Below are positions 18,374-27,068 of a stretch of 64,000 nt of DNA, in pieces. A program made the translations under genes and the position numbers. Every line of letters starts with the position of its first letter. The stretch's first letter is position 1. The stretch is from Lactobacillus sp. (GTDB lineage Bacteria; Bacillota; Bacilli; Lactobacillales; Lactobacillaceae), in contig NZ_JBJEES010000161.1 in NCBI RefSeq assembly GCF_051873315.1, forward strand, positions 1,019 to 65,018, written 5' to 3'. Below the pieces are notes generated by a model. The model did no database searches. It was not told the origin of the DNA and saw nothing but the letters and a program-made list of their open reading frames with translations.

Positions 18374-18961
18374 TTAATTAAGGCCGGTCAAGACCCAGGT
18401 CCTGAGCAGCATCCCTGCTCTTTCCCAGTCTTCTTCCCGGTAGTCGTGGCCGGCGCCCCGCATCTGCAAAAGTTCGCCCTGCTTCATTTGCTTGGCCATC
18501 AATTCCAGGCTAGCCAAAGGAGCTTGGTCGTCTTCGCTGCCGGCAACAATATAGCTGCGGCCCTGGTAGCCCTTGATCTTGTCCCAGTCCTTGATAACTG
18601 GTGACATAAGGAAGATTCCCCGGACTGAGCGGCCGATTTCACTGGCGGCCACCGCGGCAGCATCCCCAGCTTCCCCATAGCCGGCGAAAACGATGTACTC
18701 ACTGGCTACCCGGTCGTCGTTTCTGAGTTCGTCAAAGGCCAGGTGGTAGCCGCTAATGGCGCTGGCTGAATCTTCTGCTTCAAAAGTGAAGGTCAAGATG
18801 CCGGCGTCATTTAAGTAGCGGCTGAGCCAATAGGCCTGGTCCTTATCGCCGATCTTGGCCAAAATTACCAAGGGGGTCAGCCCTTCAATTGGGTTGACTG
18901 CTTCGCCCCAAGTTCCTTTTAACTTGCCCTTGGCGCTGATTAAGGTCATCTCTTTTTCCAT
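18374..18961 (-). CDS. Alpha/beta-hydrolase-fold protein (the nucleophile elbow appears to lack Ser)
   Basis: Strand-helix layout with PLVILA, the elbow FAGYGEAGD, AGSEDD and GAGHDY. Confidence 0.45.
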   Translation of the reverse strand: MEKEMTLISAKGKLKGTWGEAVNPIEGLTPLVILAKIGDKDQAYWLSRYLNDAGILTFTFEAEDSASAISGYHLAFDELRNDDRVASEYIVFAGYGEAGDAAAVAASEIGRSVRGIFLMSPVIKDWDKIKGYQGRSYIVAGSEDDQAPLASLELMAKQMKQGELLQMRGAGHDYREEDWERAGMLLRTWVLTGLN

Positions 18962-19035
18962 AAAAAACTCCTTACGATTTCTTACTTTACATTAAAAACT
19001 TACAACATTTCTATTGTACTATTTTTGGCAAGAAA

Positions 19036-20439
19036 TTAGGGCCGGTACTTGTAAATCGAGTTGTTGAGATTGTCCTTGACCAGCTGGTCGAAGAGCTCTT
19101 TGCCCTTGGCCGTGATTTTATCAGCAATTGCATTATTGGCTTCCGTCAAAAAGTCTACCAGGTCTGCTTGGCTTAACTTTTCAGCTTCTCTGTCAGTTTC
19201 ATCAACATGCTGGATGGCCAGGCTCTGGCAGTCAGCCTGGAAGGCCCGGAGCTTTCTCTGCCAAGTCTGCTGCTTGCCTTCAAGCAAGGCCTGGATGCAC
19301 TTGTAGAGCCAGTAGGCGCTATTGGTCGGGTCAGCCTGGCTAGTCTTGATCTGGTAATTGGCTGGCGTGTCCTTGATATTAGTATAGAAAGGCACCCATG
19401 GCGCTGCGGCATAAAGGCCGAAGCAGAGCCACTGGATGGCCTTGTAGCCTTCTGGCCGGTCGCTTCTGATCTGCATGATGGAGCATTCCTGCGACACCGT
19501 GACGGAAATTGGCCGGTAGGCGTTCTTGACCGGGCTTTCTTCCTTAGTTAAGTAGTCATATTCCGTGTTTTCGTAGTGGCTGCTCAGGTAGAACTGCACG
19601 TCTTCGATGGCAATCTTCTTAGCCGGCACCCGGCAAAATGGCATGTCCAAGTCGTCGATAGATTGATCCACTTCCGGGTTAAAGAGCTTTTGCCCATACC
19701 ACATCCGGGGCGTGTTGTAGCGCAGGTCGTCTTGGTCTCTTGGTGAAAAAATCTCCCGGAAATTGAAGCTGCCAGTCTTCGACGGATTCAAGTGGTGGTC
19801 CTTGACGAACTGGCGGAGGTTAGTGGAATACATGTAGTTGGCCGGGTCGTCAAAGTCGATTTCCCCGATGATCATCATGTTCGGGGCCACGACATAGCTG
19901 TCGTCTGGCACCCGGCGGGCAACCCACTGGTGGCCGGCCCCGGTTTCCATGTACCAGATTTCATTTTCATCGCCAAAAGCAATCCCGTTGCTTTCACTGG
20001 ACCCGTATTGTTCAACCAAGCGGCCCAGGCGCTCAACCCCTTCTCTGGCCGTCTTGATGAAAGGCAGGACCAAATAAAGCATGGAGTCTTCCCCAATCCC
20101 GTTTTTGACAAAAGGATCATGGCCTAAGACCCGGCGGTTGCTGGCTTCGCTTTCCGTTGAGCTCATGGCCACGTTATAGCTGTTGATCCCCTGCTCGTCA
20201 AAACGGCCGTAGTCTTCTACAGCGTCGCGGACAGCGGTGAAGCCGCAGCCTTCCCCCTTTAAAGGAATTTCAACGCCGGTTCCTTTGGAAACAAAAACTT
20301 CATCATAATTTTTAGCTGGATAGTAGACAAAGCGCTTTTCGTTAAAGCCCTGGTCGTAGTCTTCATCTCTGGCCACGATCACTGACCCGTCAAGGCTGGC
20401 CTTCTTGCCCACCAGCATGGTCGTACAATTGTCGCGCAT
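19036..20439 (-). CDS. pepD: Dipeptidase, peptidase family C69 (PepD/PepDA type)
   Basis: 467 aa with the N-terminal nucleophile context MRDNCTTMLVGKKASLDGS typical of C69 dipeptidases. Confidence 0.9.
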   Translation of the reverse strand: MRDNCTTMLVGKKASLDGSVIVARDEDYDQGFNEKRFVYYPAKNYDEVFVSKGTGVEIPLKGEGCGFTAVRDAVEDYGRFDEQGINSYNVAMSSTESEASNRRVLGHDPFVKNGIGEDSMLYLVLPFIKTAREGVERLGRLVEQYGSSESNGIAFGDENEIWYMETGAGHQWVARRVPDDSYVVAPNMMIIGEIDFDDPANYMYSTNLRQFVKDHHLNPSKTGSFNFREIFSPRDQDDLRYNTPRMWYGQKLFNPEVDQSIDDLDMPFCRVPAKKIAIEDVQFYLSSHYENTEYDYLTKEESPVKNAYRPISVTVSQECSIMQIRSDRPEGYKAIQWLCFGLYAAAPWVPFYTNIKDTPANYQIKTSQADPTNSAYWLYKCIQALLEGKQQTWQRKLRAFQADCQSLAIQHVDETDREAEKLSQADLVDFLTEANNAIADKITAKGKELFDQLVKDNLNNSIYKYRP

Positions 20440-20454
20440 TTTTCTTCCTTCTTT

Positions 20455-21297
20455 CTATTCGCTGACCTGCATGCTACGGTCGATTTTAGCCCGGCCGGTT
20501 TCGTAGTCAAACTGGTAGCCTGGCTGCACATTATAGATATAAACGTTGAAATCCAGTGTCCCGTCGGTTGAAACTGCCTGCAGGTTGATCCCCCGGGCCA
20601 TGAGTTCCCTGCCTTTAAAAATTGGCGTTGCCTGGTAGATAACCTTTTTCCCGCTTCTTAAAGCTGACCGGACCTTGCTTTCAAAAATCGTCTGGATCTT
20701 CTGGTTGGAGAAGGCCGACTGGGTAAAGAGGTTCTTGGGGTTGTTCTGGTCACCGGACTGGTTCTTGGGGTTGTAGTTGCCGTCCTGGTCAATGCCAGCG
20801 GAAACTGAGTAGGCAATGAGGTGCCCCCGGTTGTAGATCTGGGTCCCGTTTTGCCGGTTGGAGTGCCAGCCAGTTGGCTGAACGTACTGCCTTACTCTTA
20901 AGGAGTCGTTGGCCACGTTCCGCTTTTCCAAAAAGGCGGTGTTGGAGCTGGAGGTCCGGTTCTGGCTGTCCAGGTTGGAGTAGATGACCCGGTTGACCTT
21001 CCAGGCGCTTTTCACCAAGGTGGAGTGGTTATTGTTAACATAGCGCCAGCCCTTGCCGCCGGACTTAAAAGTCTCATTGGCTAGCTTTTGGTAGTCACTC
21101 TTGGCTAATCCCCCGTAGACGGTTTTAGCCGTTTGGGCAGAAGTTGCCGTACTTGATGAAGTGCTAGTGCTGTTTGAACTGGTCAGGTTTTCCTGGCCGC
21201 CCTTGGTGTAGACGCCCCAAATGATTGCCGCCGCGGCGACTAAAACCGACAGCAGGCTGGTATTTTGGCGCTTCTTGCGCCTGCGTTTTTTTGCCAT
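20455..21297 (-). CDS. Secreted/membrane-anchored DNA/RNA non-specific endonuclease (EndA-like)
   Basis: Basic N-terminus plus TM (MAKKRRRKKRQNTSLLSVLVAAAAIIWG), a Ser/Thr linker and the active-site NRGHLIAYS motif. Confidence 0.8.
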   Translation of the reverse strand: MAKKRRRKKRQNTSLLSVLVAAAAIIWGVYTKGGQENLTSSNSTSTSSSTATSAQTAKTVYGGLAKSDYQKLANETFKSGGKGWRYVNNNHSTLVKSAWKVNRVIYSNLDSQNRTSSSNTAFLEKRNVANDSLRVRQYVQPTGWHSNRQNGTQIYNRGHLIAYSVSAGIDQDGNYNPKNQSGDQNNPKNLFTQSAFSNQKIQTIFESKVRSALRSGKKVIYQATPIFKGRELMARGINLQAVSTDGTLDFNVYIYNVQPGYQFDYETGRAKIDRSMQVSE

Positions 21298-21417
21298 TTC
21301 TTTTCCTCGCTTTTTAGACTAAACCTATTTTAGAGGATTTTTGCCGGAAACCAAAAGATTTAACCTATAATTGATAGAAAAAGAGCAAACAGCAAATATA
21401 AAAGAAAGGAAAAAATC

Positions 21418-22248
21418 ATGGAAGAATTCAACTTAAATGATGGAAACAAGATTCCAAAGATCGGCTTTGGCACATACAAGATCAAAGGCTACCAAGGGGC
21501 CCAGGCCATCAGCCAGGCGATTGAAAATGGCTACCGGCTTCTGGACTCAGCCGCCCGCTATGAAAATGAAGGAGCTCTAGGCAAGGCGATCAGAAACAGC
21601 TCAGTTGCCAGAAGCCAGCTTTTTGTAACCTCAAAACTGCCGGGAGCCCACCACGAATACACAGCCGCGATCAACGAACTGGAAGAGGGCCTCTTAAGAA
21701 GCGGCTTGGACTACTTTGACCTCTACCTAATCCACTGGCCGAATCCTTTGGAAGATCATTATGTAGAAGCCTGGCAGGCCTTGATTGACGCGCAAAAATT
21801 TGGCTTGGTCCGGTCGATCGGGGTGTCGAATTTTGAACCGGGGCATATCGACCGCTTGATCAAGGAAACGGGGGTTACGCCGGCCGTCAACCAGGTGGAG
21901 CTGCATCCCTACTGGTCCAGCCGCGCCGTCCGTGCTTATGACGATGAGCATGGGATCGTTACGGAAGCCTGGAGTCCGCTCATGCGGGCCGGGGAAGTTT
22001 TCCAGGAAGATTTGATTAAAAAGCTGGCCGCCAAGTACGGCAAGAGTCCGGCTCAAGTAATTTTGCGCTGGGAAATCCAACTGGGGGTAGTGCCGATTCC
22101 AAAGGCTTCATCCAGCCAGCACCAGTTGAGCAACCTGGACATTTTTGACTTCAGTTTAACTGAGGAAGAAGTAACAGCCTTGACGGATTTGGACAAGGCA
22201 GATGGCCGCCGGCCCGACCGCGACCCTAACCAGCACCAGGAATTTTAA
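21418..22248 (+). CDS. Aldo/keto reductase (2,5-diketo-D-gluconate reductase-like)
   Basis: GFGTYK, LLDSAARYENE, LYLIHWP and SIGVSNF motifs. Confidence 0.9.
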   Translation: MEEFNLNDGNKIPKIGFGTYKIKGYQGAQAISQAIENGYRLLDSAARYENEGALGKAIRNSSVARSQLFVTSKLPGAHHEYTAAINELEEGLLRSGLDYFDLYLIHWPNPLEDHYVEAWQALIDAQKFGLVRSIGVSNFEPGHIDRLIKETGVTPAVNQVELHPYWSSRAVRAYDDEHGIVTEAWSPLMRAGEVFQEDLIKKLAAKYGKSPAQVILRWEIQLGVVPIPKASSSQHQLSNLDIFDFSLTEEEVTALTDLDKADGRRPDRDPNQHQEF

Positions 22249-22256
22249 GAAGTGGA

Positions 22257-22296
22257 AATAAGCAGTGGCACTGGTCAACTGCTTATTTTGTTTTTC
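22257..22296 (+). terminator. Rho-independent terminator
   Basis: aaataagcagt-ggcactggtca-actgcttattttgttttt. Confidence 0.6.
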
Positions 22297-22639
22297 AACA
22301 TCTGCAAGAATTCGATGCTATCTCACTTTTCCCTGCTTTGATAAGCAAAATTTGTGCTCTGATTTTTAAGATAATTAATTTTCCGCCCTTTCAGACCTTA
22401 TAAAGTAACTCAGCTCTTGCACGATATAGTTATATCGCTAGAAATTCATGACTAAGCGTCTATATGCTTGCTCACATAATCGCCCATCTTGCGCGGGAAC
22501 TTTTTTATAATATCTACGTGCATTTATGACAAACAACTAATCTTCGCTATTTATGTGCTCTTTCTGTAAAGAAATCGTTATCATATGATTGATGAATCGA
22601 TTTATCAAAATTCGTTTACTGAAAAGTGGAGGTCGAATC

Positions 22640-22747
22640 ATGAAGAAGCGCGATAAACCACATATCGTTCACCCATTTACTTTTGTCGGTAATTTTCAAG
22701 GTGACTTCAAGGCAAGTTACATTCATCAGATTACCAGTTGGAAGTGA
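22640..22747 (+). CDS. 35-aa ORF with a strong SD, in frame with the downstream membrane-protein ORF (possibly the severed 5-prime end of one gene)
   Basis: GGAGG lies 7 nt upstream of the ATG. The product is MKKRDKPHIVHPFTFVGNFQGDFKASYIHQITSWK. A TGA at 22745-22747 is followed by two codons and then the ATG at 22754, all in the same frame. Confidence 0.25.
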   Translation: MKKRDKPHIVHPFTFVGNFQGDFKASYIHQITSWK

Positions 22748-22753
22748 TCTACC

Positions 22754-23209
22754 ATGACAAAAACAGAAAAAATTTTTTCAACAATCATTAAAGCAGTCAA
22801 CTGCTTGATCTTCCTAGTCGAAGCAGTTCTAATCTGGCTCATGGGAGCAGAGCAGGTCACATTTCAAACTAATCTGAAAGAGCTTGAGATCGGCTGGTCA
22901 TTCATCTTGATTTCAGTCGCACTCGTATTGGCAGCTGTACTTATTTGGACAAGCAAGTTCTCAATCCTCTTCTGGATCACTGAAATTGTCCTAGTTGCCG
23001 GATTCATTGCCTTGACTTCTTTACGGGTGATGAATACTGGTACAGCTTTTGACATACTCGGACCTGCAGCAATTCTCGCCATCATGCGCTATGGCAAATT
23101 CGCTAAGCCATACGTAGGACCGATTACAGTTGTCATTCTCAACTTAGTTTACATTTATCTTTCAACCATTCCTTACGACTGGTACGTCAATTACTGGTTT
23201 ACGAAGTAA
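22754..23209 (+). CDS. Polytopic membrane protein, unknown function (151 aa)
   Basis: Four to five hydrophobic helices. Only a weak SD (GGAAG) precedes the start. Confidence 0.5.
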   Translation: MTKTEKIFSTIIKAVNCLIFLVEAVLIWLMGAEQVTFQTNLKELEIGWSFILISVALVLAAVLIWTSKFSILFWITEIVLVAGFIALTSLRVMNTGTAFDILGPAAILAIMRYGKFAKPYVGPITVVILNLVYIYLSTIPYDWYVNYWFTK

Positions 23210-23232
23210 AACTCCAATCATCCGACAACAGC

Positions 23233-23268
23233 AAAACTGAGCTCACATCAATATGAGCTCAGTTTTTT
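23233..23268. terminator. Bidirectional rho-independent terminator
   Basis: aaaactgagctca-catcaata-tgagctcagtttttt. Confidence 0.65.
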
Positions 23269-23293
23269 CTATATTCAGCTAAAAATTTTCCTG

Positions 23294-24199
23294 CTACTTC
23301 TCATTCTCTTGTAGCAAGGCAAAAAGGGCGCCATAGAGGTTGGTATCGTTTCTGAACTTGGCCGCCACGATTTCCGGAGGAATTACCTGCTGGCGCAGCA
23401 TTGGGTTGTCATTAAGGATTTCCCCGAACTGCCGGCGGATTTCCTCAATTAGGATTCCCTGGGCGCTGATCCCGCCGCCGATAACAACCTTTTTCCCATT
23501 GATCACGGTCTGCAGGTTCAAAATCATCACCGCTACATCCAAGCAGTATTGGCGGAAGATCTTGCCTGCCTCTTCATTGCCGGACTTGATGGCGGCAAAA
23601 GCCACCAAGCCATCATTGACGTCTTCATTGCCCAGCTCCTGGTTGACCTTTTCCACCATGCCAACGGCTGAACAGGCAAAGCCGGCGTAGGCATCCATGG
23701 TCTTGAGCCCGGCACCTTGGTTCGTGATCATCCAGCTGAGTTCCCCGGCCTGGAAGCTGCTCCCGTGCAAAAGCTTGCCGCTAACGACGATCCCGCCGCC
23801 AACGCCGGTGCCCAGAGTCAACACAGCCCCGGTGTCAACTCCCTTGAGTTCACCTAACCATTGTTCACACAAAGCCGCCGCCTTGCCATCGTTTTCCGCG
23901 CTGACTGGAACCCCGTATCTGGCCCCCAAGGTCTCTTCCAGGTTCAAGCCATCTAAAAAAGGCAAGGCCCCGCCAAAGTGAATGATCTTCTTTTCCGTGT
24001 CGATCTTCCCTGGCGCGCAGACCGCGATCCCGGCAAACTTGCCCTTATACTGGTCGCCGACTTCATACAGAGCCGCCACAAAGTCGTCCAAGTTGTCCGC
24101 GCTTGCCCGCTTGCCTTTTTCCAGCAGCTTTCCTTCGCCATCCATCAAGGCATACTTCACGTTGGTTCCGCCAATGTCAAAAACTAAGTATTGCGTCAT
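23294..24199 (-). CDS. ROK family sugar kinase
   Basis: N-terminal FDIGGTNVKYAL ATP-binding motif, ENDGKAAALCE and LGTGVGGGIV. Confidence 0.85.
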   Translation of the reverse strand: MTQYLVFDIGGTNVKYALMDGEGKLLEKGKRASADNLDDFVAALYEVGDQYKGKFAGIAVCAPGKIDTEKKIIHFGGALPFLDGLNLEETLGARYGVPVSAENDGKAAALCEQWLGELKGVDTGAVLTLGTGVGGGIVVSGKLLHGSSFQAGELSWMITNQGAGLKTMDAYAGFACSAVGMVEKVNQELGNEDVNDGLVAFAAIKSGNEEAGKIFRQYCLDVAVMILNLQTVINGKKVVIGGGISAQGILIEEIRRQFGEILNDNPMLRQQVIPPEIVAAKFRNDTNLYGALFALLQENEK

Positions 24200-24345
24200 T
24201 TTTTACCCTCACCTCTAAAAATGCATCTTTAACTATCATTATAAGCGCTTTCTGTAATCAGCACTATGCCAAAAATTGACCAAAAAAAGGCCAGCCTTGA
24301 GCTGGTCTTAGAGCAATACTTATCAACTATCTAAAAAATGCTTGA

Positions 24346-25089
24346 TTAGTGGTGGGAAGCACCGCTAGTTGCTTCTGGTTCAGCTGGCTTCTCTTCTTCC
24401 TTGGCAGCTTCTGCTTTGGTTGAAGGACCAGTCTTAGCGTCTGGGTCAGAGTTGCGGCGGTAAGTTGCGCCAGTTGAAGCATCTGGGTCAACAACCAGCT
24501 TCTGGCCAGTTGATTCGCAGAAGTACTTCACGAATGGGTAGATGTCTTGTACCCATTCATAGATACCCATGTAGTTGCCTTCTTCGTCTTCCACTCTCTT
24601 GTAGTAGTGCAAAACGAGTTCAGTCAAGTTACCAGTTGGCACTGGCATCCATACTGAGTCATGGCCGCCTTCTTTGGTCCGCAGGGCGTGAACAACCTTC
24701 TTGGCAGTTGGGATAACGTCACGGATGTCTGGGTGAACCGCGCCCATAGTGTCGCCGACTTGAGCTGGCACACGGCCGGCCTTCATCTTGTAGTTAGGGT
24801 CTTGCGGACGGTTGTACCACAGGAACTGGTTGTTGTCGTCCACATAAGTCATTTCCCCAAAAGTGTTCCGCAACATCCAGTTGATTTGGTTAACGGTCAA
24901 AAGACCGGCGTCCAGCTTAACGTAGTCGTCGCCTTCAGCCGCGTTAACCTTGGCAGCTGCCTTGTCCAGCCATTCCGGGTCGTTCTTGTCCAAACCGTCA
25001 ACAGTGTAGCGGCTGTGGCCAGTTGCTTCAAAGTCTTCCTTCAAGTATTCTTCAGGCTTCATGTCCTGCAGCCATTTTGGTTCTGCCAT
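24346..25089 (-). CDS. PAS-like (DUF438-associated PAS_10-type) domain protein with a low-complexity acidic tail
   Basis: The core MTYVDDNNQFLWYNRP...GRVPAQVGDTMGAVHPD...VWMPVP...VLHYYKRVEDEEGNYMGIYEWVQDI follows the pattern I recall for the PAS_10 fold. This is assigned from memory only. Confidence 0.45.
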   Translation of the reverse strand: MAEPKWLQDMKPEEYLKEDFEATGHSRYTVDGLDKNDPEWLDKAAAKVNAAEGDDYVKLDAGLLTVNQINWMLRNTFGEMTYVDDNNQFLWYNRPQDPNYKMKAGRVPAQVGDTMGAVHPDIRDVIPTAKKVVHALRTKEGGHDSVWMPVPTGNLTELVLHYYKRVEDEEGNYMGIYEWVQDIYPFVKYFCESTGQKLVVDPDASTGATYRRNSDPDAKTGPSTKAEAAKEEEKPAEPEATSGASHH

Positions 25090-25283
25090 AATTCAGTCTC
25101 CTTCAGTCTTGCAACAAAAATTTTTCTTTAACTTTTACTTACTTGCTTTACACTCTCAATTGTATCCTGTAAGCACTTACCTTGCAAGAGCAATATATCA
25201 TATTTCTTATATGCACAAAAATAAATATTTCGCTTTTACTAAATCAGAAAGATCTTTAACATATATTTTGCTATATAAAAACA

Positions 25284-25315
25284 AGCAAAATAAAAAGCCA
25301 GCTTAAGCTGGCTTT
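25284..25315 (-). terminator. Rho-independent terminator of the ABC transporter gene
   Basis: aaagccagc-ttaa-gctggcttt overlaps the stop codon. A T run follows on the minus strand. Confidence 0.6.
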
Positions 25316-26898
25316 ACTTTGTCCAAAACTATAATCTGGTCGAACATGGCCTTTTCCACGTCCGAAATCTTGTGGGCGACTTCGATCACCGCTACCTTCG
25401 GGTTGCCCAGCAGGGTCTCATGGATTTCCAAAGACAGGCGGGGGTCCAAAGCACTGGTGGCTTCGTCAGCCAGCAGGATCGGCCGGCCGGACAAGAGGGC
25501 CCGGGCAATTTCCACCCGCTGGATCTGCCCGCCGGAGAGATTGTTGCCGTTCTCCCCAACTGGGTAATCCAGGCCATTTTCCTGGATCAAGTCATCCAGG
25601 CCAGCTTCATGGCAGGCCATGAGCAGCTGTTCTTCATCCACATCCCGGCCCAAAGTCACGTTGAAGCGGAGGGTGTCGTCAAACATGAAAGGCTTCTGGT
25701 TGACGTAGGAGTAGAAGTTGTGGGCCTTGTACCAGTCCCCCGTCACGTCCTCGCTGTTGATCAAGATTTCACCATGGCTTGGCTTGTAGATGCCCAGCAT
25801 GAGGCGCAGAAGGGTAGTCTTGCCCCAGCCGGACGGAGCCATAAGGAGGATCTTTTCTCCCGGCTTGACCTTGATGTTCACGTGTTCAAAAATCTGCCGC
25901 TTGCTGTGCTTGGTCACGTAGGCCACGTCCCGGATCTCCATGCCGTCAAAGTGGTCAACCGGGTAGCTGTCGTCTTTTTGCACGTAGTTGAGGGCCCGCT
26001 GGGTTCTCTGCCACATCGGCACGGTCGACTTGACCTGGTTGAATTCGTTAAACAAGGTAACGACCGGACTGATGAAGTTGATGGCTAAGTCAACCATCAT
26101 GACCAGAGTCCCAACTGCCAAGCGGCCTCGCATCATCATGATCCCGCCGATCGTGCAGGGAATGATGAAGCAGAAAAGTTCAGCTGCTGAATAGATCAAT
26201 TCCAAGGCCCAGGCCTGGGTCAAGGTCATGTTTCGAAGAGCCGTTTCCATGTCCCCAGCAGCTCCCACTGCCCGCTTGACGATATTAGTGCGGACGTTGT
26301 AGAGCCGGGCTGACTGGGCCCCGTTCAAGCTGTCTGACACATACTGGGTGTAGACGGCGTTCTTCTGGGTCCAGATCCGGGACTTCTTGGTGATGATCTT
26401 GCTGGTAATCATCTGCACGCCGGCCGGAGCCAGAGTCGCCACGATAAAGACCAAGGTCATTTCCCAGGAATTGTAAAAAGCAAAAGCCAAAGAACCCACG
26501 AAGGTCAAGCTTTGATAAATGATATCCAGCTGGGCCGTGACCCGGTTGGTTTCAATCTGCTTTAAGTCGTTGGTCATGAAACTCAGCCCGTCTTTAGTGT
26601 CCAGGCTGTTTTGATCGATCAAGTAACGCAAATTGGCTTCTTTTAAAGTCATGTTCACGCTTCTGATAATGTTCATTTTGGTCGTTTCATAGACGAAATT
26701 GCTGGCCATGAACAAAAGCTGGCCCCCGGCCGTTAAGGCGGCGAAGCCGATCAGGCGCTGGTAGTCGCCTTTGCCGGAAGAGGCAATGTTCAGCATGATC
26801 TTGAGCATGTAGGCCACGAACAAAACATTGCAGGCCTTGATGGCAGCCAGGAAGGTGAATAGGGCGACCTGGCCTTTCCGTGCGTATTTGAGACTCAT
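25303..26898 (-). CDS. ABC transporter, fused permease/ATP-binding protein (exporter type)
   Basis: N-terminal six-TM domain, Walker A PSGWGKTT, signature LSGGQIQRV, Walker B ILLADEATSALD. Start moved to MSLKYARKG (GAGAGGGA SD) rather than the ORF-track 27066. Confidence 0.85.
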   Translation of the reverse strand: MSLKYARKGQVALFTFLAAIKACNVLFVAYMLKIMLNIASSGKGDYQRLIGFAALTAGGQLLFMASNFVYETTKMNIIRSVNMTLKEANLRYLIDQNSLDTKDGLSFMTNDLKQIETNRVTAQLDIIYQSLTFVGSLAFAFYNSWEMTLVFIVATLAPAGVQMITSKIITKKSRIWTQKNAVYTQYVSDSLNGAQSARLYNVRTNIVKRAVGAAGDMETALRNMTLTQAWALELIYSAAELFCFIIPCTIGGIMMMRGRLAVGTLVMMVDLAINFISPVVTLFNEFNQVKSTVPMWQRTQRALNYVQKDDSYPVDHFDGMEIRDVAYVTKHSKRQIFEHVNIKVKPGEKILLMAPSGWGKTTLLRLMLGIYKPSHGEILINSEDVTGDWYKAHNFYSYVNQKPFMFDDTLRFNVTLGRDVDEEQLLMACHEAGLDDLIQENGLDYPVGENGNNLSGGQIQRVEIARALLSGRPILLADEATSALDPRLSLEIHETLLGNPKVAVIEVAHKISDVEKAMFDQIIVLDKVKPA

Positions 26899-27068
26899 TG
26901 GATAATCCCTCTCTTTCATAAACATTATAGCAATCTTTCCTGTTTTTGCCGCCAGCATTGATATAATTAAGATAATCCTAAGAAAGTAAAATCTTGCTAA
27001 AGTCTGATTCCTGGCAAATTGCGGTATTTTTTTGAAAAAGACAAAACTAGAAAAGAGAAGACACAAAA

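Noticed and set aside
25090-25283. AT-rich leader of about 200 nt upstream of the PAS-like gene, considered as a riboswitch.
   Set aside because: I could not find any conserved riboswitch core or convincing alternative hairpins. It is most simply a promoter/UTR region.
26899-27066. 56-codon upstream extension of the ABC transporter ORF.
   Set aside because: - It has no SD and covers the AT-rich promoter region shared with the divergent gene.
- The internal ATG at 26898 has a GAGAGGGA SD, and the TM domain begins there.
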